From Minutocellus sp. GHC0000111 (lineage: Eukaryota): a stretch of 64,000 nucleotides of DNA. The stretch spans positions 4,464,001 to 4,528,000 of the forward strand of contig OZ361258.1 in the NCBI GenBank assembly GCA_977018835.1, written 5' to 3'. How positions within the stretch are numbered: the first letter of the stretch is position 1; every line of letters begins with the position of its first letter. The translations under genes and the position numbers were made by a program. This document shows positions 36,671 to 48,388 of the stretch, piece by piece. The notes beneath the pieces are model-generated. The model did no database searches and was not told where the DNA came from. It saw only the letters and a list, made by a program, of their open reading frames with translations.

Positions 36671-38808
36671 TTAGAGTCTCGTAAAATCTCTGCCAAATGC
36701 CTCCGTTCGGAGCCAATCCCACAGAATTAGCGCTTGATTTCGAGTCGCTGCTTGCTTTGTGAGATATACTGTACGCCACAGAGCGAACGCAATTCTACCG
36801 GCATAGTTAAAGATAGGAACATCACCCAACTCGACTTGATTGAGAGCTTTGCCACTGCCGATGTAAGCTAAAAGCCCGAGACTGAGGAAGGTGAATTCAG
36901 GTGCCTCCTCGAGACCACGGGCGAGGAGCCAAACCCGAAGGAGAGAGAAAGGATCAACAGATGGATCAGGCTCAGGCAGCATGGGAGGACCCTGTCTGGA
37001 CAGGTCATATCCTCGGTTTAACATTCGAGCGGCAAAGGAACCCTGCTGCCCAGCGACTTGAGCTGTCTGTGGGAGAGGAGCTGCGGGTCCATATTTATGC
37101 TCGGCCTCCAGGCATGCGACGTCGCCAAGAACCAGAATAGAGCCGAACGTCTCTGGCGTTAGAGTGGGACAACGGAGCCAGTTGTCGACATTGATTCGAC
37201 CGGCAGATCCGGCGGCACTCTCTGGAAGCTGTGATAACAGTTCCTGGACAAACGGGACTGGAGCATTTCCCGCAGCCCAAACTGTGAGCCCGGAAGGAAT
37301 CATTTCAATTTCGTCGCAACCCTTCACCCCGACCGTAACATAATCCTGCCCAACTTCCTTGAGTCTAGTATTGAGTCGAACATCAACACCCTGCTCAATC
37401 ATCGCCTCAAGTGCCATCTGTCGGAGCTCCTTGTCCATTGCGGGCAATAATTCTGAGCCGCCATGGACGAGGACGACGGAAATGTCGTTAGCCAAGTGCT
37501 GGTATGCACCATCGGGACTATTACATATCTGCGAGAAGAAGTCGCACATTTCCCCACAAAGCTCAACACCCGTGGGACCACCACCTACCACCACAAATCG
37601 CAGTCGTCTTCGACGTTCCTCTCTGGCCAATTCCCGCATGTAATTGTCTGGTGGGTAGTACGATTCCTGCAAATCTGGCCGGCTGGCATATTCCAGAGCT
37701 TCGCCAATGGCCGTTCTAATTTTGAAGTTCAATTGTACTCACTGCTTCGATATTCGATGGTGCCGACAGAGGCCGACGCCAACATGGGTGTAAACACAAA
37801 GTGATTCACAGGCGAGACCACCACAATTCTCAGATCGTACGTGCTGGCAAGCTTGGTAAAGGCATGGGCAGCCCAACCTGTGCCTAAAACGACCACGGTT
37901 GGCCGTTCCTCTGAGGGTTGCTTTTGGAGCTTGTACAAAGATTTGCCTTTTGTCTTGCCATTGTTCTTTTGAGTGGCATCCTCAATGTTGTCCAGAACGC
38001 GGCTGATCATTGTATCGATGGGGATGTCGTTGATGGCGTAGGGATTCTGCTTGTTGAGTCGCTTGACGCTGACTTCGTTGGATACCATCTTGAGGTATTG
38101 ATCCTCCATGTCTTCGCCGGAGGTGTTTGGTGATGTCTGTTCTTCATAAGTGGGTTGTTCTAATGGTGGTTGTTGATATTGCTGTTCATAATTGGGCCGG
38201 TGCGGTATTGGTGTTTGCGCTTGTGGCTGGTATTGTTGTTGCTGCTGTGGCTGCTCCTGGAGCTGGTACTGATGATGGACATTGGCATCCACAATGGCCT
38301 GCAAGATGTAGTCGTCATCCTGCTGGCCACCACCAGTGTAACTCTGCCCAGTCCCTCCAGCGGTTTCCGTCACCACGTCCAAGTAGTCGGCAATAGCATC
38401 CGCACAATCCACAGAAGGTTCCCCGTCATGAGTAGCGGCATGGTCGGCATCGCATACCTCATTCATCGCATTCAAATACGGCGCCGTGTTGGTCGAGCCT
38501 GCACCGTAGCCGTCGGTGATGCCATCGAGGACCGACATCGTGTCGAGGTAGGTTTGTATTCCCGTTTTCTCTGGCTTTTGTTTCTGGTCGTTTATTTGAT
38601 CCATATCGGATTGGTCTGGTTGGGGAGGAGGCGCCGAAAGGGAGTCGAGGTAAGACGAATGGAGGGGACGGACCGCATGATTATTCTCACGAGCACGTGT
38701 TGCGCCGACATGTGCTGCGCGCTGAGGCGCAAAAGCGTCGGCGCAGAAAGGTAGACTTATTGATGCTACGCCCAGCGCAAGGGCCACTGAAGTATCTGGC
38801 TTCACCAT
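36671..38808 (-). pseudogene. Type II NAD(P)H dehydrogenase (NDH-2), plastid-type leader, with ~78 codons missing at ~37730 (real lesion or assembly gap)
   Basis: ADA|FAP leader; [28 protein letters not shown] and [10 protein letters not shown] motifs. The segment between EYRS and IRTAIGE that is present in the paralog at 55161-57336 is absent. Confidence 0.8.
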
Positions 38809-39277
38809 GGGGATGGAGGGATGGCCCCTGGAAGTTTAAGCGGGGCAACGAGGCCAAGAGCGGGAGGGTACTGGCCGTACTGGCTGGAGAGCGGAAAACA
38901 GGCAGCATGGTGTCGCATCGCGTCGCTCGACTGAGGTGGTCTTTTTACAGGCATTACCAATGACCCTCTATGGTGTAACTTCGAGGTTCCGCATAGGAGA
39001 TCTTCATAGATTCTTTGCCGTCGCAAGCCACAGCACCATCTGCCAGCCGGATGACTCGCATACTTTTGGTCGCACTTTTGGTGGCCGGCCGGCGCGCGAA
39101 GCAACCGACCGGCGCGCCCAACGCGAGCCACCATGGCGGCAAAAATTCAAATTGCCGCCGCTACGTGCAGAACGAAGGCGATATCTCGCGCTGGTGTGGG
39201 AGAATTACGGCACGAGACCAACCAGGTACTTCCGACATCCTGGTGATATTCCCGTTGGTCTCGATCCATAATTCTCC

Positions 39278-40919
39278 ATGAGCAAAAAAAATAACGGCCG
39301 CAATCCCGCGGTCAACACCGCAGACACAGAGTTGCGGTGCAGGACGCCCTGGCTGAACTGCTCGTCCGTCTTCGCAGAAAGGAACTTCATTACTACAATT
39401 TCATCGGCAACAACAACGACTTTTTGATGAATGTGTTGGGATGCAGTCCCATCATGTACGGCGCCGTCATGTACACTGCGGGCATCTTGGGTTTGAAGAA
39501 GAAGAAGCACGAAGACTGCGATGTGTTTTTTGTGAGGACAGACAACCAGAATGGATGGGATGAAATGGTATCAAGACACTGCCTTGCCGACGACGTTCAG
39601 CGAACCCCATACAAAAAGAGCATATTTGTTCGCCTCGGTTCTATCAATCCTCGTGCAGCCGACGCTCTCCATGATGATGGATGGATGGCTTTCGACATGG
39701 TCACGGTCGAGCAACAATTTCGCCTCGAAACACCGCCGCCGCGGCTCAATTTGACGAAGGCATGTAATGCATTCCTCAAGTCGGTCGCACCACATGTATC
39801 GGTGGGACATGCGGCGATGGACTACGAAATCAACAGGCAGATGTTGCTCGAGGCCCAGAAGTTCCCTGGTGGGTGCATGATGTGGCCAGGACGATGGGTG
39901 GGACAATGACGACGATGTTGGGACGGTGGGCACCCTGACCACGACGGAGGCCGGCGAGATCAGTGAGGACGATGACGACGAAGACGAGGACTATGTGCCC
40001 TTTTATGAGGACGAAGCTGACATTGCAAGAGAGGACGCTACACGTGAAGCACACATGCAGCAGCAGTGCTTTTTGAGAAGAATCGTCAGAAGCACGGTGA
40101 TGGCGAGCCAGAGATGGGAGCTGTCGATGATGCCGAGGATGACGATGCCCCTCACTTCCATTTCCTGAAAAAGGCCGGCATTGAGGCGGCCGACTCAGGT
40201 AAAATAAGGGCAGTGCTGGCAGAATGCTGGAGAGCTTCATCTGTTAATGTTTTTCTGATGGCAACAACAAGAAGAAACCAAGGACAACAGAGTTCATCCA
40301 CCATAACACCTCCACCAAAGGAACTCTCCTAGAGCACAATCGCGAGGAAGATGGCATGACGGATGACGACATCAAAGAGCTCTGCAAAGCTTGCTCTAAT
40401 TTGCTCCACACTCTTGACGCAACATATTCCAGGTTTCTGAAATGGTGCATGAAATGGGACGATGAGGCAAAGAAGGCTGTGAGAGAGCTTGAAGCATTGA
40501 TTGCAAGTGCCCTCAAGCAAGCACGGGCAATCGGCATTAGCACAACGCCCAAGTGGCACTTGCTCGAAGATCACATCTTGGACCAACACATTTGGCTAGT
40601 GAAGAATGGATGGGGCGGCATCTGTTGGCTCGACGAATCGTTTGTAGAGCGAGCCCACCAAGAGGGCGTTAAGGAAGATCGTCGGACTCAGGGCGTCAAG
40701 GGACATGAGGCCCAACAGACGGCGCAGTTCAAGGCTGAGGAGAGGGCATCCAATCCAAAGGTCGAGGAGAGGCGGGAGCGAAACTCTCGGGTGGCAAGAA
40801 CAAGGAAAAGGACAAGGACCGAAGCTGTTAAAGCAGAAACTGATGACAAGCGCCAACAAATGATCATGATGGCCACCGATGGAGATGAGGATGTAGAGAT
40901 GGGAGCAGGGCATGTGTAA
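39278..40919 (+). mobile_element. Decayed transposase gene with RAG1/Transib/Chapaev-like C-terminus
   Basis: 40356-40919 encodes TPKWHLLEDH..GGICWLDESFVERAHQ (HxxxxH followed by ExxxExxH). Upstream fragments 39337-39909, 39926-40168 and 40066-40332 lie in shifting frames. Confidence 0.6.
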
Positions 40920-41703
40920 AATTAGAAAATGAAATTACACTGCTGCTACACAACAACAAATGAATTGCACAATCCAACTTTTACAAACAGTGTCGCGATT
41001 GAGCAAAAAAGTAAATAGTACACCCAAACAAACACACCACGTCCTTCTTAACTCACCCATTTATCTCCCAGACCAAAAAGTCCCTTTGTCGGGTTGATTG
41101 TTGCATAAACTTATCCCAATGCTGTCTGTCTCTCCTCGGGCGCAAAATTATTGTCGGAATTCCGGGAGGTCGAGCGGGGATGCGATAGGTCGGGATCAGC
41201 GAGAGTCGGTCATACGGGGGGTGCGGCGCAATCCCGGCAGTTTATCATCAACAACAACGTGGGAAAGTACCAGAGGGTCTGGGGCATCACAACGGGAGCA
41301 CGACGAGCACAAAGACGGAGCAATGGTGCCACCCCAGCCAGAGAAACGAACGGCCGACAGATGGAGGAAAAGTAGGCCGATGGTTCGTGGCGTTGATACG
41401 CAGCGGAGGCCAATCTGAGGATACAGTAAGCTTCAACTATATCCAAACATGATAATGAATGCGTATTTGGTACGAAAATATAGTTATACGCCGGCGCAAC
41501 GCCGACGGACCACCATGGTGTTGGACGGTCAAAGAATGGGTGACGAACGAGGTTGGGTTTTGGTGGGTTTCTTCGTGACGTGTTCGTCTTCTGCCGAAAA
41601 ACGCTTCATCCGACCGGCGAAACAAGACGAGATGGGGCTGTGAAGCTCCCAAGATCTCGAAGAACTTTGCTCGACGGAAGGAGAACCACCGCATTCGCAA
41701 CAA

Positions 41704-44214
41704 TGGCGACGGCCGTGGACCTCTACCCCGCCGAAACCGAAGCCGTCATGGAGCTCGAGGAAGCCCAAGCACCTGAGGCAGCTCCCTTGGTGAAATCGGT
41801 GCGGATCAATCCCGATCAGGATCCACTGGCCTCGCCATCCTCGAGCTCAACCAAGATGACCGCACCGCCATCCTGGACCGACTCCGCTCGGAGCAATCTG
41901 TCGCTTAGGTCCAATGCCAGCAGTGCCTCATCGGATAGGGCCGCTCCTGGGCTGAGGGATAATTTGATGAGGCGGCAGAGGAAGGATCGCAATCCCATGG
42001 CGTGAGTGAATCGTTGATTGTAAAGAGAGGCATAAGATGTGTAGGAATGTTCTTCGCTCGCTACAATTTGTGTTCTTTGTGCGGCCGCTTCTCGATTTCG
42101 CGTCTCATTCATTTATGTTTTCGCACACACCACTTACATCCATCGCCGATTGCAACACTTTTTAGCTACTACGAGACTATCCAAGTTCTCGGCGTGGGAT
42201 CCATGGGATCCGTAACGAAGGTCAAGAAACGCGAAAATGTCATCGGCGGATCGGCCCGACAGGACTACGTGAATTCCATCCACGGCGTTGAGGGATTCTG
42301 TTTCTCGTTGCCCATCATCGGCCATCTGCTTCGGCATTGTACCGGCAAAGATTTGGGACAATATGTCAAGAGGGATCTGTTTGTAGAAACGTCATCTTCG
42401 GTCAACTCAGAGAGAGATATCAGCGCCCCATCTCCATCTTCATCGTCCAGCAATGGTCGGTCCCTCCTCCGTTCGCCATCATCGACCCTATCGTACGCCA
42501 AGAAGGACTTGTACTTTGCCCTCAAGACCATTCACTTTGATCGCGTTACCGACCAGCAGCTAGTCCTAGAACTGCAGAATGAGATCGATATCCTAAAGTC
42601 GATGGACCATCCCAATATTGTGCGGGCTTTGGAAACGTATGATTATCGCAACAATAGCTGCATCGTTTTGGAACTGTGCGAAGGTGGCGATCTGTACACG
42701 AGGGACCCGTACACCGAGGAAGATGCTCTTAGTATTGTTGCCATTCTGCTCAGCGCTGTGGAGTACATGCATTCGCGTAACATTTGTCATCGCGATTTGA
42801 AGTACGAGGTAAGCAGCTGACTGTTATGTGTGCTTGGCTCGACCACACATAAGAATCCCTTTGCCTATTTCATTTATTTGCTCATCTAACGCATTTGCTT
42901 CCCTTTTTGCGCAATGTAGAACATCATGTTCAGTTCCAAGCACCCCAAGTCAGATGTAAAGCTGATTGATTTTGGGCTGAGCAAGAAGTATCTTCCCTCC
43001 GATCGGCTTTCGGAAGGTGTTGGGACCATTTATTCAATGGCCCCTGAGGTTATAAGAGGTGATTATGTTCAGGCTGCGGATATTTGGTCCGTCGGAGTTA
43101 TCGCCTTCATGCTGCTCTCTTCGCAGATGCCATTTTTCGGAAAGAGTCAAGAAGTTGTGATGAGAAAGATTGTGAATTGCAGCTATGTCATGCGCGGGCG
43201 TAAGTGGACCAAGACCTCGAAGGAGGCAAAGGCCTTCGTCCAGAAGCTTCTTGTCCTCGATCCCACTGAACGTCCGTCGGCATCGAAGGCTTTGAAAGAT
43301 GAATGGATCAGTCCAACAACATCCGCACTCTCTACATGCTCATCTGAAGAAGAGATCGAGGAGATGCAGCACGCCATTGCATCGATGGACGCATTCGCAG
43401 GTTATAGTACGTTGAAAAAGCTTGCCCTCATGGTGTTGGCACACAAGTCAACGAGCGAAGAGATTGGCTTCCTCAAGAAGGTCTTCAAGAAGTTTGATAC
43501 CGACTACAACGGCGATATTGAGCGGCCCGAGTTCCAAGCAGTCCTAGAAGAATTTGGTTATGGTGAAGAGGAGATCATCAATATCTTTCTTGGTTGTGAT
43601 CTTGATGGAAGGTGAGTTGGCAGATCGATTGGATTGTTCTTCTTCGATTACAATCGTTTTCTCACAATTTTAAATTGCGCTTCTGATTCTTTTGCAGTGG
43701 TGTCCTGCACTACACAGAGTTCCTTGCAGCCACCATTGAAAGCCACGGGGCCATTTCCGAAGAGGCTCTGTCTGAAGCGTTCGATCGAATTGACAGTGAT
43801 GATTCGGGATATATCTCGACGAAGAACTTGCGCGAGATCCTCGGCGAATTTGTATCGAGCGAGTACATCGAGCACATCATTCTTGAGGCCGAGAGTGAGC
43901 TATATTATTCTGAGGATATGAAGTGGCAGATGGAACGCAAGGCTGCGAAGCATCATTTTATTTCCTACGAAGAATTTATGGCCCTCTGGGATCACCAGAA
44001 AGAAGACAAGCGAATGGAGGCCTACCAGAAGGTCAAGGGACATCGTAACAAATCAAGTCTTCCGAGCATCGAGGAAAGCAGGCCCATGACGATCACCATC
44101 GACGAAGACGAGAATCTCAGTAGAACCGACTCTGAATTATCGTTTGATCATCTTGCTGCGTCCCAGTTCCAGACAGAGAGGGCAATATCGGTTCGGAAAT
44201 ATGCCGATGCTTGA
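41704..44214 (+). CDS. Calcium-dependent protein kinase (kinase + EF-hands); introns 42002-42165, 42809-42919, 43612-43697
   Basis: LGVGSMG, ALK, HRDLKYEN, DFG and APE motifs; autoinhibitory junction LKKLALMVLA; EF loops DTDYNGDIERPE, DLDGSGVLHYTE and DSDDSGYISTKN. Confidence 0.93.
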
Positions 44215-44333
44215 GTTCACGGGCAAGATTGAAAACGATTTTGTTGTACATGCATTTTATAAGAATTTTGTTTATTATTAAGTAAGTTTGGTATGATAAT
44301 AAGTAACCCTTCCATTCTTGCCCTACTTTCCAG

Positions 44334-46903
44334 CTACGAGACTATGTTGTAAATCAAATACATTTCCCCCAGTGCCGTTGTGTATACAGAAACGAAGCCG
44401 GCACTGTATACAAGTGGTTCATCTTTCAGAGGAATGCCGGATTTCTTCATCTTCTTGATAAATGTGTAGCCAATATCAGGTCTGCCACTGCACTGAACCA
44501 TCACATGCTCGAGGCTTTGACCGGGCTTCAAATTTTCCTTTATCCGCTTGATAAAATCGTCTTGAGCGGTATCGTAGTCAGGAGCTTCGCTCAGAAGATT
44601 CATCAACATTCCCGCACGCTGCATGTCCGAAAGCACCGGCCCTTCACGAATCTTTGGTTCAAGACCAAAGGTAAAGTAATGGCCGTCTTCTACGGTGAAG
44701 TCCTTAGGGAAAAGACCCGGGCGCCACGCTACAAGCTTGCGAACTGTCGCACTGCCCGAGAAGCTCGCAAAGCAGCAAGTCCTATCAGCCAAATGAGTGA
44801 CAACATCAATCGCGTCTTCAATGGACTTGCCATCTTGTGCAAGCTGGATAATTTTGCGTAGGAATAAAACCTCGCACCAGAACCATCCATGGACCACGAC
44901 CTTCACCATCGATCGCTGTTCGGGTGTAAGCATATCGATGGCAGCCAGGCAGTTCCTTCCCAAAGCACTAACGCGCTTGTCGGTACTGAAGAGAAGGACT
45001 AGGACAGGCTTACGCTTCGCGAGAGCAGCAAGGACTTCTATCTTGATTTGCATGGGATTGCTTGCAGCTGAGGTATACCGAATTGCGGTATCCTCATGCC
45101 TCTGTCGATTGAGAGCGGCACATGTTTCGTTGCTGTTTGTGAAACGAATGTCAATGGGCTCCTGACTATCAGACGGAACAACAAAGATGGGAAGCGTCTT
45201 AAGCTCCGGATCTCTCAAACTTGGAGGAAGGACGATATCACACAAACCTACAATGGAAAATCTGGCATCGGCGAGATCCAAGGCAGAATCTTCATGGTAT
45301 AACTGGCGCATTTCTTTCATATCTTCGACCTTCTCTTTGCGTAGGATTGGCTCCCGGGAGAAATGCCGAAGATGATCAAAAACTCTCTCGGGCTCACTAG
45401 AGTGAATGTGAAGCTTGACCATGTTACCGCCCTGCTTAGCCGGAGCGCCGACGCAGGCAATCGAAACCCCAATGGTCTCCTCGGCTGCAAATTTGGCAAT
45501 AGAATCAACAACTGTCTTCTTATCGATGCCATCCTTGAGCAAAACCACTGCCTCGGTACAGAACTGATAATCGGTATCAGTAACCGTGTGGTCGACATGG
45601 ACGTCGGCACCAATACCCTCATCGGCCTCAATCGATGCCATTTTGAACAAGCCAATTTCACTGGCTTCGGGAAGTTCGTTGCGGGTGGCAAGGTGCATGC
45701 CCTCGATGATATACACAAAACCCTGGGCCCCGCTGTCCACGACCCCGGCCTTTTCCAGAACCTTCACGCCATTGACTACCAGTGCCTGAGGCGTCTTGGC
45801 CAGCTCGGCCTTGGCCTTGCACGTCCAGGCATGGAGAAAGTCCTTTAGGGTGGCAAACGGGCCCTCTTTGGACAGATTGCAACAATCGCGCGCTACACTG
45901 ACCATGGTCCCCTCTACCGGATCGGGCACAGCATCTTGCATTTTGCTTGATATGTTGCTGATGCATTTGGCCAACTGATCAATGGTTAGGGTTTTGTGGT
46001 GACCAAAATCCATGACTTCTTCCGCCAAACTTACGAAGAAATGACTAAGGATGGTCCCGCTGTTGCCCTGCCCGTTGAGCAGAACATCTGCCGCAAGATT
46101 GGAAACAACGGAAAGGACAGAGTCGCTGGGAGTTAAGAGAAGGTTTCGCACGGGCAGCTTGAGGCACACCTTCATGTTCGCTCCGGTATCACCATCCGCA
46201 ATCGGAAACACATTAATCTTGTTCAGCTCATCTATGAAATAGATGGGATAAATGCAAGTTTTTGTGAAATGAATATCATGTTGTGCTAGTCAATGACGAT
46301 GAAATAACTCCAGCGAATGATGGGTAATGAATTTGACTCACCAACCTGTTTGGCTAGCCTGGCGAAGCCACTGAGGAACATTTGGGTGAGGACCCATCCA
46401 TCGACCTGGGTGATCTCACTGCTCAAATCTGCCAATCGAGGGATGCTCTGGAGCGTTGCTGGCCGGTTGACGCTCTGCCTCTTGAGAATGTAGTCGTCGC
46501 TCAAATTCCCGTCACCGGTAATGAGACCGGCGGTATTCTCGGCCGTCTGCTTTTGGAACCACGCCAGAGAGGCACGGGACACCCTCCGTCCTCCACCGAT
46601 GGATTGTGCGGTGATGGAACCCGCCAGAAATACCGACACATGTAAGTCGTCGGTGCTCCTGCGTGGCTGGGCCGAGGGCACCTGACTGCTACTGCGTCTG
46701 GTCACCACGTCCATGTCATCGGCGAGATCGTCGTCAGCGAAGAAGTCCATGTCTTCAACCTCCCCAGATTCGCTGGAGAGAAGGACTTCCTCCACGAGTG
46801 AGGAGAGAGCATCGGCACCACTATGCTCAGTGCATGCTTCAGTGTTGTCAGCGGCAATGCCGTCGTCCTTACTGCTCGTACTAGTATCGGACGGAGACGC
46901 CAT
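44334..46903 (-). CDS. Bacterial-type fatty-acid kinase FakA (DAK2/YloV) protein with C-terminal DegV/FakB-like region; intron 46341-46232
   Basis: ELNKINVFPIADGDTGANM, GNSGTILS, PVEGTM, GVVDSGAQG, YQFCTE, VKLHIHSSEP and KVEDM motifs; spliced to a ~170-aa low-complexity N-terminal extension. Confidence 0.85.
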
Positions 46904-47025
46904 GTCGGTATGACGCGTTGAAATGAAGTCAAAATAGACTCTCATTAATTTTTTTTCGGTTTTCAAGGGTTTTATTATTCATTAGTTTGTCGACCCAAAC
47001 GCCATGTCAAACAACAAAACGAACG

Positions 47026-48141
47026 ATGGGCAAGAGCAAGTCAAAAGCGAAGCAGAGCGGCAACGCTAGGGCCAAGGGCGCTGCCTCAACACCTTCACCG
47101 GCAGCCGCCGATACTGGAGTCGATCATGGCGGTGCGGTCGGTATCAGTAGCAGCAACGCCGCCACCGCTACCGGTAACAAGAAGCAGAAGTGCGTCCGAT
47201 GCTTTGGAAATATCTAGGACCTGACGAAGGCTCACGCTTGTCCCGGGTGCTCGGACTTGTATTGCTGGCGATGCGAGAAGAAGGTATTTGGAGAGTGCCC
47301 AAACGGTGATAAATGCATGCATCCGATCCGGCGGTGCAAGAAATGCGCAGAATTTGACACTATGATGTCTGCCATGAAGGAAGCTGGTCGTGTGGGCGAG
47401 GCAAATGAGTTTATCAAGTTCGGTCCTACTGCCAAGTCTCACATCATCTTTCAAGACATGATCAAGCGCAACGAGCGCCTTGGCAACGAGGCGATTTCGC
47501 TGCAGTCCTGTCAAGGGAAGGAATGTGCAGGACATGCGAAGGTCGAGTGCTACCATTGCCTCTTGGACTCGACGAAAATAAGTCGCCTCCAACGATGCTG
47601 TATCTGCTGGAAGACACGCTGCCGAAGCTGCACCTACAGCGGAGCCGAAGGGGCAAATGGTTCTCTGGCCGCTTTGGAGGCCATGGGCAAGTGCGGGGAT
47701 TACGCCGTATCCGTGAAGAAAGAGCTGATCTTGCCGCACTGGATCGAACTCGCTGCGGAGAACATTGGTCTTGCGACACCTGATACTTACATTCGCTGCA
47801 CAGAGTGCAGATCCATTTACTGCTACGCGTGTCTGGAGGGCGTCTCCGCTTGGAATCTCGCTACCTGCTTTTTAACAGATATTTCCAGTGGCAACAATGA
47901 CTCAGAGTTTCGTTGCGGCCATTGTTATTGGTCAACCAAGCCCTGTACCAATCCGAAGTGCCCTAACGAAGCCGGTACTCCGACCAAGCGTTGCGGTGGA
48001 TGCCATCTCGATCGCTACTGCAGCGTCGAGTGCCAGGCCGAGATGTATCCTGGCCACGTTGCCAAGTGTCAAAAGATCCAAGCCAAGCGCGTTGCCAAGG
48101 ATGAGAAGAAGAAGGAGTGGTCGGATTGGATCGGGTCCTGA
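47026..48141 (+). pseudogene. Cys-rich MYND zinc-finger protein with in-frame TAG at 47215-47217
   Basis: KRCGGCHLDRYCSVECQAEMYPGHVAKC. The upstream ORF is in the same frame, and CVRC..*..CPGC..CWRC continues across the stop. Confidence 0.75.
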
Positions 48142-48388
48142 ATAACACTGGGAGGAAGAAAGCAGGCTGCGAGTGGGACAATATCAAGCATCAATTCCAG
48201 CTACGTAGCTAGTCAGGCTGTGGCTGGAATTACATGATAATGCTGTGGCGGTTTGACTATCTATCAGCACTGTAATGATCAGAGATTTAACGTAGAATCC
48301 CGCTATAAGTAGTATTGCGTTGAGAAAATTGATTTACATTATTGTACCTTTTATTTATATACACGTGTAATTATTCGTACGTGTGCCT

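Noticed and set aside
38940..41130. RSS-like CACAGTG terminal inverted repeats around the RAG1-like remnant
   Set aside because: No convincing heptamer pair or target-site duplication found by eye
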